Source: an uncultured bacterium
GTDB taxonomy: Bacteria > Cyanobacteriota > Vampirovibrionia > Gastranaerophilales > Gastranaerophilaceae
Assembly: GCA_902783835.1 (NCBI GenBank)
Contig: CACZSN010000019.1
Location: forward strand, 25,301 to 89,300
Direction of reading: 5' to 3'
Length of the DNA: 64,000 bases
In this document: positions 26,633 through 36,052 of the stretch, one piece after another
Numbering within the stretch: position 1 is the stretch's first letter
Layout: every line of letters begins with the position of its first letter
Notes under the pieces: model-generated
The model's database searches: none
The model's input: only the letters and a program-made list of their open reading frames with translations
Told to the model about the DNA's origin: nothing
Translations under genes and position numbers: made by a program

Positions 26633-27991
26633 ATGGACATTGAACTGACAATTTTAAAATTAATGGGTATTGCCTTATTGCTTCTGACAAACGGTTTTTT
26701 CGTTGCATCGGAATTTGCATTGGTAAACGTAAGGCAAACAAAAATGGCACAACTTGCCAAGGACGGAAACAAGGTTGCCGACTTGGTTTGTAAGGAAATT
26801 GAACACCTTGATAAATATATTGCGGCTGTTCAATTGGGTATTACTATTGCAAGTATCGGCTTAGGTTGGGTCGGAGAATCGACATTGGCGGCTATTATAG
26901 AACCTTTGTTCGCTTGGCTTTCAGGTGTTGAAAAAACGATAGCGGTTCATTCTCTTGCAACAGGTATTGCATTTGCACTTATTACATTCTTACACGTTGT
27001 TGTCGGGGAATTAATGCCTAAATCAATTGCGTTGCAATATCCGGAAAGAACGGCATTGTTTATTGCAAAACCGATGCTTCATATTGCAAAAGTTTTTAAA
27101 CCGTTTATATTTTTGCTCAACGGATTTGGAAATTATATGTTGAAGTTAATCCATATTAACCCTGCAACATCAGCACATTCTGTTCATACTCCCGAAGAAA
27201 TCGGTATGATTGTTGAAGCAAGTTATAATGAAGGTATTTTGAACGAAACCGAAAAAAATATGCTTCAAAATATTTTTGAATTTTCGGATAAAGATGCAAA
27301 ACAGGTAATGAGTCCGCGTCCGGATATGGTTGCGTTGCCTGTGGATATTGAGTTTGAAGAACTTGAAAAAACAATTTTGGATAATCAATATACGAGATAC
27401 CCGGTTTATGAGGAAGATTTGGATCACATAATCGGCTTGTTGCACGTCAAAGATTTGTATGCGATGACGATTAATAAGAAGGAATTTAACTTGAGAGCGA
27501 TGCTTCGTGAAGCTAAATTTTTCCCTGAAACTGTTCCTTTGGATAAACTCGTTCGCGATTTTAAAACTAATAAAGTTCAAATGGCGATTATCGTTGATGA
27601 ATTTGGCGGAACAAGCGGTTTGATTACACTTGAAGACATTTTGGAAGAAATTGTCGGTGAAGTGCAAGACGAGTTTGATACGGATGAAGAAGCCGATATC
27701 GTTAAGATTAACGACGATGAATATATTGCAAACGGCATTATGCGTATTGATGAATTTGCCGATTACTTTAAGAAGGAAATCCCTGAAGAAGAAGATGTTG
27801 AAACAATTGCGGGTGTAATATTAAAACACTTGGACAGAATGGCGGAAGTCAATGATACCGTAGAATGGGACGATTTTGTTTTGACTGTTATCGAACTCGA
27901 CGGTACAAGAATTGTTAAAATTAAAGTTCAACATAAACCTAAGGAAGAAAGCCCCGAAGAAAATCGAGAAGAACAAAGTGCTGAAATTTAG
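26633..27991 (+). CDS. CNNM/HlyC-CorC family transporter-associated protein (DUF21 + CBS pair + CorC_HlyC)
   Basis: 452 aa. Four N-terminal TMs with FFVASEFALV, a CBS pair (KDAKQVMSPRPDMV..., IGLLHVKDL), and C-terminal VDEFGGTSGLITLEDILEEIVGE. Confidence 0.85.
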   Translation: MDIELTILKLMGIALLLLTNGFFVASEFALVNVRQTKMAQLAKDGNKVADLVCKEIEHLDKYIAAVQLGITIASIGLGWVGESTLAAIIEPLFAWLSGVEKTIAVHSLATGIAFALITFLHVVVGELMPKSIALQYPERTALFIAKPMLHIAKVFKPFIFLLNGFGNYMLKLIHINPATSAHSVHTPEEIGMIVEASYNEGILNETEKNMLQNIFEFSDKDAKQVMSPRPDMVALPVDIEFEELEKTILDNQYTRYPVYEEDLDHIIGLLHVKDLYAMTINKKEFNLRAMLREAKFFPETVPLDKLVRDFKTNKVQMAIIVDEFGGTSGLITLEDILEEIVGEVQDEFDTDEEADIVKINDDEYIANGIMRIDEFADYFKKEIPEEEDVETIAGVILKHLDRMAEVNDTVEWDDFVLTVIELDGTRIVKIKVQHKPKEESPEENREEQSAEI

Positions 27992-28011
27992 TAAGCATCA
28001 AGGATTTGTGA

Positions 28012-28662
28012 ATGGATTTTATTGCTCGTGATAAAATTTCAAAAATTCTTCGTGATGACGAAACGGTGTTTTTTGAGTCGGAAATAGCCGACAAAGACTT
28101 ATTTATGTTCAATTCAAGCGGTTTTGCCGCTGTTTTGTGTTTGGTTTTTCCTGTTTTTTTATATTCAAAAAGTGAAACCTTTTTTCAATATATAGGTGCA
28201 ACATGTTTGGCGATAGTTTGTATTTACCTTGCGGTAAGTTTTTTTATCAAAACCGCACAAAAAATGTTTCTGACAAATCAGAGAATTTTGATATACAATT
28301 TTTTGCTCAAAAAGATTGAAAGCATTATGAAAAATATTTATTTGGATATTGAAGATATTGTAATGTCAATGGAACTGCCACCTGATGAGAAAATCCAAAT
28401 TTCATTTTGGCTTTATTGTGATGGAACTGTTTTAGGCGAGAAATATGCTCCGATTTCAAATTTCAATAATGGGCTTTTCAGAAAAATTATTGCATTAGCA
28501 CCGTTCGGGCAGGCACCTGAAGTTGCTCAAAAATTGAAACCTTATAAGGTTAAAATAGAAATTGAAACAGTCAATGGTGAAAGTATTTTATCTTTAAAAA
28601 CAATATATCAAGAGCGACATTCAGACAATGCTTTAATAATATCAAACACATTGAGCAAATAG
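28012..28662 (+). CDS. Hypothetical membrane protein
   Basis: 216-aa ORF with two adjacent TMs (FAAVLCLVFPVFLY; IGATCLAIVCIYLAVSFFI). No motif recognised. Confidence 0.4.
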   Translation: MDFIARDKISKILRDDETVFFESEIADKDLFMFNSSGFAAVLCLVFPVFLYSKSETFFQYIGATCLAIVCIYLAVSFFIKTAQKMFLTNQRILIYNFLLKKIESIMKNIYLDIEDIVMSMELPPDEKIQISFWLYCDGTVLGEKYAPISNFNNGLFRKIIALAPFGQAPEVAQKLKPYKVKIEIETVNGESILSLKTIYQERHSDNALIISNTLSK

Positions 28663-28712
28663 ATAGATTTTCAATAAAAGTTATTATTTTTGTCAAAATT
28701 TAAAAAAAGTTG

Positions 28713-28741
28713 TTGACTGAAAATTTTGTTCTTGTTATTAT
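28713..28741 (+). promoter_or_regulatory. Near-consensus promoter for tRNA-Lys
   Basis: TTGACT (28713-28718), 17-nt spacer, TATTAT (28736-28741), 17 nt upstream of the tRNA. Confidence 0.5.
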
Positions 28742-28758
28742 AAACGAGCAAGGGATTT

Positions 28759-28834
28759 GCGTCTGTAGCTCAGCAGGTAGAGCACTCCCCTTTTAAGGGA
28801 TAGGTCGCGCGTTCGAATCGCGCCAGACGCACCA
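28759..28834 (+). tRNA. tRNA-Lys (anticodon UUU), CCA encoded
   Basis: Acceptor GCGTCTG/CAGACGC, D arm GCTC-AGCAGGTA-GAGC, anticodon loop CTTTTAA (TTT), T arm GCGCG-TTCGAAT-CGCGC, 3' ACCA. Confidence 0.9.
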
Positions 28835-28837
28835 TTT

Positions 28838-28861
28838 AAGAGGTCGAAAGACCTCTTTTTT
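28838..28861 (+). terminator. Rho-independent terminator after tRNA-Lys
   Basis: AAGAGGTC-GAAA-GACCTCTT followed by TTTT. Confidence 0.85.
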
Positions 28862-28944
28862 ATTGCTTATTTTTCTTTCAATTTTTGTTAAAAGTTAGGT
28901 ATTAAAGATTTTTCTCTTGTATAATATTTTTAACAGGAGAAATT

Positions 28945-30114
28945 ATGAAAAAATTTTTTAATCTTTTATTTTTGATTACGGTAATGTTATTATCTTCACC
29001 GGCATTTTCCGAAACATCGGAGTATTCATTTGTTCATATCAAGGATGAAAAGACGGGATTTGAGATTGCCAGAGCGATTGTTCCTGAAAATTTTGAAGTG
29101 ATTTCTAACGTTGAGTGGACAAGAGACTTTGAAAATCCCGCAAGATTTTCTTATGTTGCAAAATCAAATTCTGACGATGTTTCTTTTTCATATTTATCAG
29201 AAAAAGCTTACGTTGATGTTTTGCAAGGCAAAGAGTTGAAAAACGGTGAGTTTGATTCAGATTTCAGAACTGTTAATAAAAAGAAAATTTTGGCTTCCGA
29301 TTATATAAAAGAAGTTATTTTATCTGATTATCCGCAAGCAAGTGATATAGCTTTGGTTGCCGAAAAAAACATGCCTGATGGTATGGATGAGTATTTGATA
29401 AGTTTGATGTATAAAAAAATTGATGAATTGAATATTACGGCGAAAGCAGATACGAGATATGCGAAAATAGACATTACAAATCCTGATATTTTGCCATATG
29501 TTGCAACTTTTTCATACGATTTTAACGGAAAAAAATATTATCAAACCTTTGTGACACTGTTTACTTCGGTTGAATATCAATATACGGCCAAAAACAAAAA
29601 GAACGATGTTAAGGATAAAAAGTTTTGGAAAATGAAAGGACTTTATTCTTATCGTGTTGAACAAAAAAATTATGATAAATATTATAATGATTTTTTGATT
29701 TTTGCGGCAAATTCAATGCCTAATAACAAAGCGGTTATGGCTCTTGAGCATGTTAAACAGGAAATGGTTATTGAGTTAAATCCGGCTTTTGTGGATGTAA
29801 ATAAAAATTCCGCATTGAAAAATAAACCGTCGGATTTGTTCAGACGATATTTTGAAGTAGGCTTGCCCGATTATTCATACATTGAATCTATGATAAAACC
29901 CTCATTAACACAGGTTCGTTGGTTGACCAATATTATGGAGCCGCAAAATGAATTTTCTTATCGAAATTTGAGACAAGTTTGGCGGCAAAGTTTTTATGTT
30001 CCTAAAAAATATGAGTATGTATATTTGAACAAAGGTCAAAATAAATGGGTCATTTCGACTGAACCGCAAACTTTTGATATCCGTTGGAAAAAGTTGAAAA
30101 AAACAAAATTTTAG
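28945..30114 (+). CDS. Hypothetical secreted protein
   Basis: 389-aa ORF. Signal peptide MKKFFNLLFLITVMLLSSPAFS. GGAG Shine-Dalgarno sequence upstream. No motif recognised. Confidence 0.5.
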   Translation: MKKFFNLLFLITVMLLSSPAFSETSEYSFVHIKDEKTGFEIARAIVPENFEVISNVEWTRDFENPARFSYVAKSNSDDVSFSYLSEKAYVDVLQGKELKNGEFDSDFRTVNKKKILASDYIKEVILSDYPQASDIALVAEKNMPDGMDEYLISLMYKKIDELNITAKADTRYAKIDITNPDILPYVATFSYDFNGKKYYQTFVTLFTSVEYQYTAKNKKNDVKDKKFWKMKGLYSYRVEQKNYDKYYNDFLIFAANSMPNNKAVMALEHVKQEMVIELNPAFVDVNKNSALKNKPSDLFRRYFEVGLPDYSYIESMIKPSLTQVRWLTNIMEPQNEFSYRNLRQVWRQSFYVPKKYEYVYLNKGQNKWVISTEPQTFDIRWKKLKKTKF

Positions 30115-30115
30115 T

Positions 30116-30156
30116 CAAAAAAAAACAGACAGCTTTTCGATAAACTGTCTGTTTTC
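30116..30156. terminator. Bidirectional terminator between convergent genes
   Basis: 9-bp stem AACAGACAG/CTGTCTGTT with a 12-nt loop, flanked by an A-run upstream and a T-run downstream. Confidence 0.75.
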
Positions 30157-30159
30157 TTA

Positions 30160-30984
30160 TTATTTTCTCAATAAATTGAAAATTTCGTTGCAAGTTCCGA
30201 TTAAGTTTTTTGCCATTTCAAAATTGATTTGATTAGGACCGTCGCAAAGTGCTTCATCGGGATTGGGGTGAACTTCAAAGAATAAACCGTCGGCACCTGC
30301 CGCAGTTGCGGATTTTGCAAGTGTTGAAACGAATTTTCTTTCGCCTGAAGTATACGTTCCGCCTCCACCCGGGAGTTGTACACTGTGTGTTGCATCAAAG
30401 ATTATCGGGTAGCCTAACTCATGAATAATCGGTACGGTTCTCATATCCGAAACCAAGTTATTGTAACCGAAAGAGACCCCTCTGTCAGTAATTACAATAT
30501 CGGAATTTCCGCTGTCTGAAACTTTTTTTGCAATCGATTTCATTTGGTATGGCGAAAGGAATTGACCTTTTTTAATATTGACGATTTTTCCGGTCTTTGC
30601 TGCTGCAACAAGCAAATCTGTCTGTCTGCATAAAAATGCCGGAATTTGAATTATATCGGCAACTTCCGCAGCCAAAGGAGCTTGTTCTACTGAATGTATA
30701 TCCGTTACAATCGGAATGTCAAATGCTTTTTTTGCAGCTGATAAAAGTTCCAAACCTTTTTCAATTCCGAGTCCTCTGTATGAGGTTAATGACGTACGGT
30801 TTGCCTTGTCATAAGAACATTTGAATACAAAATTTACACCGAGGTCATCGGTAATTTTTTTCAATGCTTCTGCTGCCGAAAACAAAATATCTTTGCTTTC
30901 CATCGCACAAGGTCCTGCCAAAACAGTCAGTTTGTCTCCGCCTATTTCAAAATCTCTTAATTTTACGGTATTAATCGTGTTCAT
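30160..30984 (-). CDS. kdsA: 3-deoxy-8-phosphooctulonate (KDO-8-P) synthase
   Basis: 274 aa. LAGPCAMES, SYDKANRTS, FLCRQTDL, DATHSVQLPGGGG. Confidence 0.9.
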   Translation of the reverse strand: MNTINTVKLRDFEIGGDKLTVLAGPCAMESKDILFSAAEALKKITDDLGVNFVFKCSYDKANRTSLTSYRGLGIEKGLELLSAAKKAFDIPIVTDIHSVEQAPLAAEVADIIQIPAFLCRQTDLLVAAAKTGKIVNIKKGQFLSPYQMKSIAKKVSDSGNSDIVITDRGVSFGYNNLVSDMRTVPIIHELGYPIIFDATHSVQLPGGGGTYTSGERKFVSTLAKSATAAGADGLFFEVHPNPDEALCDGPNQINFEMAKNLIGTCNEIFNLLRK

Positions 30985-31106
30985 GTTTTTCTCCTTGATT
31001 TTCTGATTATAACCTTAATATATTTTTTTTAAAAGATATTAAGTTTTTTTTACCGAAATGATGAAAAAATTGTAAATAACAAAGAAAATGAGATAAAATT
31101 ATATAG

Positions 31107-31934
31107 ATGAAGAAAATTTTGAGTGCATTATTAATATTTGCTCTTTCGTCGGGAATAGTTTTTGCCGAAGAAGAAATTATGCTGCCTGTTGTGCAAAAAC
31201 AAAAACTTAATTTGCATCCTGTTGAAAATAAACAAACCAAACAAATGGTAATTAACAAAAAAGAACAGTTTAATGAACTCGTTTCAATGCAACAGGAAAG
31301 CGAAATTCAGGATATTGAAATGCTATGGCAAGCAACGGTTGATGCGAATAAATTAATCAAATTTACAATGCAAAAACTTAATACACCTGAAGGTCAAAGA
31401 AGATTGCACTCTTCCCTTGCCGCAAAATCTCTTTCCGCAATAGTTTATGGGGCATCTTTTTTGCCTGCACTTGCGGGTACTGATGCAAGCGTTCAAACAG
31501 CTTCTTTTGCTACCGGCAGACTTCTTAACAATTTTTTGAATAAAAATTCTACTCCCCAAAAAGAAATGCTCTCCGATACAGAACTTATTGAACTTGCCGG
31601 AACAATTGAAGGTTTACAAGATACAATAATTTCCGCTTATTACGGATATAAAGGAGCATTGAATAAACTTAAAGATACCCGCTCAAGAATTATTCTTTAT
31701 AATAAAAATTATTCTGAGGCAATTAAAAGCGGTGATAGCCTTGAATTGGTTATTTCTTCGGCTCTTTATGAAGATATGCTTCTCAATGAATATTATGAAG
31801 AACAAGAAGCTAAAAAATATTATCTCGAACTTGAACGTCTTGCGGGTGCAAAAACAGTAGAAAAGCTTAATTTAACTCAATTTGCTTTTAAAAATACCAT
31901 TATAAATCCGGAGTCAATGAAGAATGAAAAATAG
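31107..31934 (+). CDS. Hypothetical secreted coiled-coil protein (paralogue A)
   Basis: 275 aa. Signal peptide MKKILSALLIFALSSGIVFA. Same domain order as the next gene. Confidence 0.5.
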   Translation: MKKILSALLIFALSSGIVFAEEEIMLPVVQKQKLNLHPVENKQTKQMVINKKEQFNELVSMQQESEIQDIEMLWQATVDANKLIKFTMQKLNTPEGQRRLHSSLAAKSLSAIVYGASFLPALAGTDASVQTASFATGRLLNNFLNKNSTPQKEMLSDTELIELAGTIEGLQDTIISAYYGYKGALNKLKDTRSRIILYNKNYSEAIKSGDSLELVISSALYEDMLLNEYYEEQEAKKYYLELERLAGAKTVEKLNLTQFAFKNTIINPESMKNEK

Positions 31935-32814
31935 GATTTTAAATATTTTATTTTTAATGTTTTTCCTTTCAACTCCGACGTTTGCGGTTGAAACGTTAGA
32001 GGATTTGACCATTCCTAAAAATCCTTCTTATCGACTCGGAACAAGTGCAAGTCCTGAATTGGAATATAAAATTAAAAAAATTGAAACTTACGATTCTCAA
32101 AAGGCCAAATATGCAAGAGAAATTACAAAAAGTAAGTCTTATGCCGATTCAACATTGAAAGAACTTTCTAAAGAATTGTGCAAAATGATTGATGTTGACA
32201 GAGATGTAATGGTTGCGGATGTTGCTGTTCTTTGGGCAGGTGCCGCTTCAAAATCCGAAACGGTAAAATTTACAATCTATAAACTTTCAAATCCGGATGC
32301 GGATAAGCCTGATGAAACAATAATTAAGAAGGTTATCAGACCTCTTGCGGGTTTTTCTTCAATGGCAGGAGCCGGTTTCCTTAATCCTGTTGCCGCAACT
32401 TCCGCAATTATGAGCGGTGCTTTGATTAATTCTCTTTCTACTGATGACAAGGAATTGAATTATAAATATACAAAAGTTACCGATGCGGACATGATTATGC
32501 TTTTGAAACGGGTTGATGACCTGCAAAAACGTTTGATTAATTATTATATTGACTATATGACGGCATATAATGCTACCGAACGTGCCAAAGTTAATGTCGT
32601 TAACCGATATCAATATTTGGAAGCTGTTAAAAATCAAGGTCGGGAACTTGAGATGATTGCCGATGCATATTACAGAACCGCTCTTGAAAGAAAACAGGCT
32701 ATTGAACTCGATTTCCTCTCTAAACGTGCGGCTCTTGAACAAATTGTTGGAATTGAGTCATTGGCTGAGTTTGAGAATATGTTAAAACAACGAAAAAATA
32801 ATACAACAAATTAA
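31924..32814 (+). CDS. Hypothetical secreted coiled-coil protein (paralogue B)
   Basis: 296 aa. Signal peptide MKNRILNILFLMFFLSTPTFA. Overlaps paralogue A by 11 nt. Collinear similarity to A (LW..A....K..KFT..KL..P, a Gly/Ala-rich segment, then helical repeats). Confidence 0.5.
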   Translation: MKNRILNILFLMFFLSTPTFAVETLEDLTIPKNPSYRLGTSASPELEYKIKKIETYDSQKAKYAREITKSKSYADSTLKELSKELCKMIDVDRDVMVADVAVLWAGAASKSETVKFTIYKLSNPDADKPDETIIKKVIRPLAGFSSMAGAGFLNPVAATSAIMSGALINSLSTDDKELNYKYTKVTDADMIMLLKRVDDLQKRLINYYIDYMTAYNATERAKVNVVNRYQYLEAVKNQGRELEMIADAYYRTALERKQAIELDFLSKRAALEQIVGIESLAEFENMLKQRKNNTTN

Positions 32815-33650
32815 TTATCTTGCTCTTTATTTTTTCTTTTTAGAGCTTCAATATTTTGTTGAATGCGTTGTTGTTTAAGCATGTTATGTGTATTTTGAGA
32901 AATTTGAATGTTTTGGAGAGCCAAAATTTGGTATTTTTTGATTTCTCCCAATTTCGATTGTTCTTCCATAAGATTTTTTTGCGGTTGAGTCGGAATGGAA
33001 TTTTTTACCCGTTCAAATTCTGATGTTGCACTGCCGTGAATGATTTTCCAAAGTGCAACGTCAATATCTTTTTCGTTGAGATTATATTTTGTATTAATTT
33101 CATTGACGGATGTTCCGAGCGGGAGATTATACAACCATCTGATAGAATTTACGTCTCTGGGAGAAAGAGCTACCGTTCCGTATTGGTGCGGAGTATACAT
33201 AATATCTGTTTGATATGGTGAGTGTCCCAAGCCGAGAGCGTGACCGATTTCGTGCAAAATCGTGTGATAGACTTCGTTTTCGTCCATATATTGTGAGTGA
33301 AGAATGCCGTCAGAAAGACCTATTTGAACTTCTGCAGAATAGAGTCTTGATTGTGCATCAAAGTTGAAAAGACAATAGCCGAGCGATTTTCGGTCAACTC
33401 TTTTCCATTCTAAGTTAACTTGTGAGTCATTCAAATTTGAAACAATTTGGAAACGGCATTTATTATTGGAAACCTGTTCCCAAGTTCTTAAAGCTCTTTG
33501 AACGAGACCGAGATATTTTGCGGCTTCGTTTTGACCCCTGTACCAGCGAAAAGGTGCAATATAAAAAGTCAAAGGAAAACAATAGTCAGGCCATCGTATA
33601 AGCCTGCCGTCCTTCAAATTATATTCAAGGTATGTTTCCTTTTCCGCCAA
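32811..33650 (-). CDS. Matrixin-like (M10-type) zinc metalloprotease
   Basis: 279 aa. HTILHEIGHALGLGHSPYQTDIMY matches HExxHxxGxxH plus a Met-turn. No N-terminal signal peptide. Gln/Lys-rich C-terminal tail. Confidence 0.75.
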   Translation of the reverse strand: MAEKETYLEYNLKDGRLIRWPDYCFPLTFYIAPFRWYRGQNEAAKYLGLVQRALRTWEQVSNNKCRFQIVSNLNDSQVNLEWKRVDRKSLGYCLFNFDAQSRLYSAEVQIGLSDGILHSQYMDENEVYHTILHEIGHALGLGHSPYQTDIMYTPHQYGTVALSPRDVNSIRWLYNLPLGTSVNEINTKYNLNEKDIDVALWKIIHGSATSEFERVKNSIPTQPQKNLMEEQSKLGEIKKYQILALQNIQISQNTHNMLKQQRIQQNIEALKRKNKEQDN

Positions 33651-33965
33651 CTAATTTTTTTCCTTTAGTTCTTCTTGTTTCAAAAACTCGCACATGCCTT
33701 CGAGTCGATTGTCTTCATTTGCATCAATAAGTTCTTTTATATCTTTAATTTTTCCCAATTTAAAAGCAATTTCCGCAAGCAATACACAATCGTTACATAA
33801 TCTGTATTGTCCGTATCCGACAGAGCCTGCCAACATTTTGTATTGACCGCAGCAATCGCAATCAAAGCCGTCGCTTTCACTGTCTGGGTTTTCTTCTATA
33901 TCGTCAATAACCATTTGTTTGGTTATCTCTTGCATTTCTTTAATGATTTCTTCGTGTGTTTGCAT
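33651..33965 (-). CDS. Small acidic Cys-rich protein (putative zinc ribbon)
   Basis: 104 aa from the ATG at 33965 (MQTHEEI...). DCDCCGQYK...CNDC motif. The longer track ORF (to 34202) overlaps the alr start region and looks like non-coding read-through. Confidence 0.4.
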   Translation of the reverse strand: MQTHEEIIKEMQEITKQMVIDDIEENPDSESDGFDCDCCGQYKMLAGSVGYGQYRLCNDCVLLAEIAFKLGKIKDIKELIDANEDNRLEGMCEFLKQEELKEKN

Positions 33966-34046
33966 AATTTTATTCCGTTTCTTTACTATTTTAACACATT
34001 TAATAACATTTTTGCTTTTTTTTTCAACAAGGTATATCATTTTTGT

Positions 34047-35183
34047 ATGAAACTTAACAGACAATCTTATTTGAATACGAAACGTGATGCGTGGGTTGAA
34101 ATTAACCTTGACGCTATTGAACATAATATTTTGGAATTGAAAAAATATGCTCACGAAGGTGCAAAAATTCTTGCCGTGGTTAAAGCGGACGCGTACGGGC
34201 ATGGAAGCGTTATGATTACACCAACCTTGCTTGCTTCGGGCGTTTATATGTTAGGGGTTGCTTCAATTGATGAGGCTATGCAACTCCGCGAAAACAAAAT
34301 TACCGCACCGATATTGGTTTTAGGGGCGGCTCCCGTTTGGGCTTTTGATTGGGCGGCAGAAAATGATATTTGTCTCTCTCTGTTCCTTCAGGAACATATT
34401 GATGCTTGCAAAATCACTTACGAAAAAACAGGTATTAAGCCGAAAGTTCACATCAAATTGGATACGGGCATGAATAGAATCGGTGTTTCAAAAGAAGATG
34501 CCGTTCCTTTGATTAAAAAAGTTCAACAGTGCGATTTTATTGAATTAAAAGGTATTTTTACGCACTTTGCTTGTGCTGAAAATTTGGAAAAAACAAAAGA
34601 ACAACTCAAAATTTGGGATTATGTTCTTGCAAATGTTGATACGACGGGATTGCTTTTGCATTGTGCAAATACCGCCGCTTTGATTACTTTTCCGCAAATT
34701 AATTACAACATGGCTCGTGCAGGCATTGGAATTTATGGTTTGCAACCCGATTTAATCCCTAATTTTGACAATCCGCCGAAACTTATTCCCGCGATGTCTT
34801 TGCGAGGTCGTATTGTCAATATTCACAATGCTCATGCAAATTCCGGAGTTAGTTATTCTCACAAATATGTTACGACAAAGGAAACAAAAATTGCGACAGT
34901 TCCTTTGGGTTATGCCGACGGAATTTCAAGAGGTTTGTCGGGAAAAATTTACGGTATTTTGCACGGCAAAAAAGTTCCTCAAATCGGCAATATCACAATG
35001 GATCAGATGATGTTTGATATTACGGGTGTTGAAGCTGATGAGGGTGATGTAATTACTTTGCTCGGTCAAGACGGAGATGAATCTGTTTCCGTAAATGAAT
35101 GGGCGGATATTTTAAACACAATTAATTATGAACTCATTTGCCGCTTGAGAGTAAGACTTGCAAGAGTTTACACAAGAGAATAA
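34047..35183 (+). CDS. alr: Alanine racemase
   Basis: Start at the ATG at 34047 (MKLNRQSYLNTKRDAWVEINLDAI...). PLP-lysine motif AVVKADAYGHG. C-terminal YELICRL. Confidence 0.9.
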   Translation: MKLNRQSYLNTKRDAWVEINLDAIEHNILELKKYAHEGAKILAVVKADAYGHGSVMITPTLLASGVYMLGVASIDEAMQLRENKITAPILVLGAAPVWAFDWAAENDICLSLFLQEHIDACKITYEKTGIKPKVHIKLDTGMNRIGVSKEDAVPLIKKVQQCDFIELKGIFTHFACAENLEKTKEQLKIWDYVLANVDTTGLLLHCANTAALITFPQINYNMARAGIGIYGLQPDLIPNFDNPPKLIPAMSLRGRIVNIHNAHANSGVSYSHKYVTTKETKIATVPLGYADGISRGLSGKIYGILHGKKVPQIGNITMDQMMFDITGVEADEGDVITLLGQDGDESVSVNEWADILNTINYELICRLRVRLARVYTRE

Positions 35184-36035
35184 TTAACGGTTATTCGGCA
35201 TACCCCAATAAAGTTTTTGTTTTAAAACAGAGTAAAAACTTTGGTCATTCAAAAGTAATAATCGTGCTTTGTTTTTGTGTCTTTTTATTGTAATTTTGCA
35301 ATTTTCAGGCACGGTATATGTTGTTTGACCGTCTGCAGACATTTTGAGTTTCTTTGTATTATCCACGGATGTGATTTCAATTTTTTCATTTGACGGAATT
35401 ACGAGTGGTCTTGCGTTCAATGAATGCGGGCAAATAGGCACGATGATGAAGGCATTCAGTCTCGGAACTAAAATCGGTCCTCCCGCCGAAATGTTGTATG
35501 CGGTTGAACCGGTCGGGGTTGAAACGATTAATCCGTCTGCCATGTAGTTGCAAATCGTATCGCCGTTTACGGAGACGAAAAGTCTTGCGGTTCTTGAAAA
35601 ATTTTCGCTTTTTATAACAATATCATTGAGGGCTGAAAGCCTTCCAGGGGTTGCGGAAAGCATAAGTCTTTCTTCGCATTTAGTGTCGCCGTTGATGATT
35701 TTTTCGATAGAATTTTTTATGTCGTTTGGTGAAGATTGTGCCAAAAACCCCAATCTGCCTAAGTTTATTCCGAAAACAGGAATGTAATATTTTGCGTAAA
35801 ATCTTGCTGCACGAAGAAGTGTTCCGTCTCCACCTGCCACAATCGCAAATGTTACGGTGCTATCGAGGGAGTCAATGTTCGTCACGACATAATCAAGCCC
35901 GTGGCGTTCGAGTTCAAATTTAATTTCTTCTACAGTTTTTTCGTAACCGTTTGAGTTAGAATTATAAACAATCCCAATTTTTTCGAGTGAAAATTCGTCT
36001 TTGTCACAAAAATTTTTCATAGTTGAATTATACAT
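35184..36035 (-). CDS. nadK: NAD kinase
   Basis: 283 aa. GGDGTLLRAAR, NLGRLGFL, STPTGSTAYNISAGGPI. Confidence 0.9.
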   Translation of the reverse strand: MYNSTMKNFCDKDEFSLEKIGIVYNSNSNGYEKTVEEIKFELERHGLDYVVTNIDSLDSTVTFAIVAGGDGTLLRAARFYAKYYIPVFGINLGRLGFLAQSSPNDIKNSIEKIINGDTKCEERLMLSATPGRLSALNDIVIKSENFSRTARLFVSVNGDTICNYMADGLIVSTPTGSTAYNISAGGPILVPRLNAFIIVPICPHSLNARPLVIPSNEKIEITSVDNTKKLKMSADGQTTYTVPENCKITIKRHKNKARLLLLNDQSFYSVLKQKLYWGMPNNR

Positions 36036-36052
36036 TAAAGTTTAAATTTTGA

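Noticed and set aside
31107-32814. The two secreted paralogues as a split TolC-family outer-membrane channel.
   Set aside because: Each protein is only ~275-296 aa. I could not identify the beta-barrel strand segments with confidence, and the similarity is limited to heptad-like helical texture. They are left as hypothetical proteins.
33807-34046. N-terminal extensions of track ORFs: alr from 33807, the small Cys protein to 34202, proB from 42096, the XRE to 8574, Nif3 to 16653, PIG-L to 13102, tyrA from 17719, and rnc from 56682.
   Set aside because: The extensions overlap neighbouring genes or promoter regions and have junk-like sequence. Internal ATGs give N-termini that match the family (for example MKIGIIGLGLIGGS for TyrA and MKLNRQSYL...VVKADAYGHG for Alr), often with a Shine-Dalgarno sequence.
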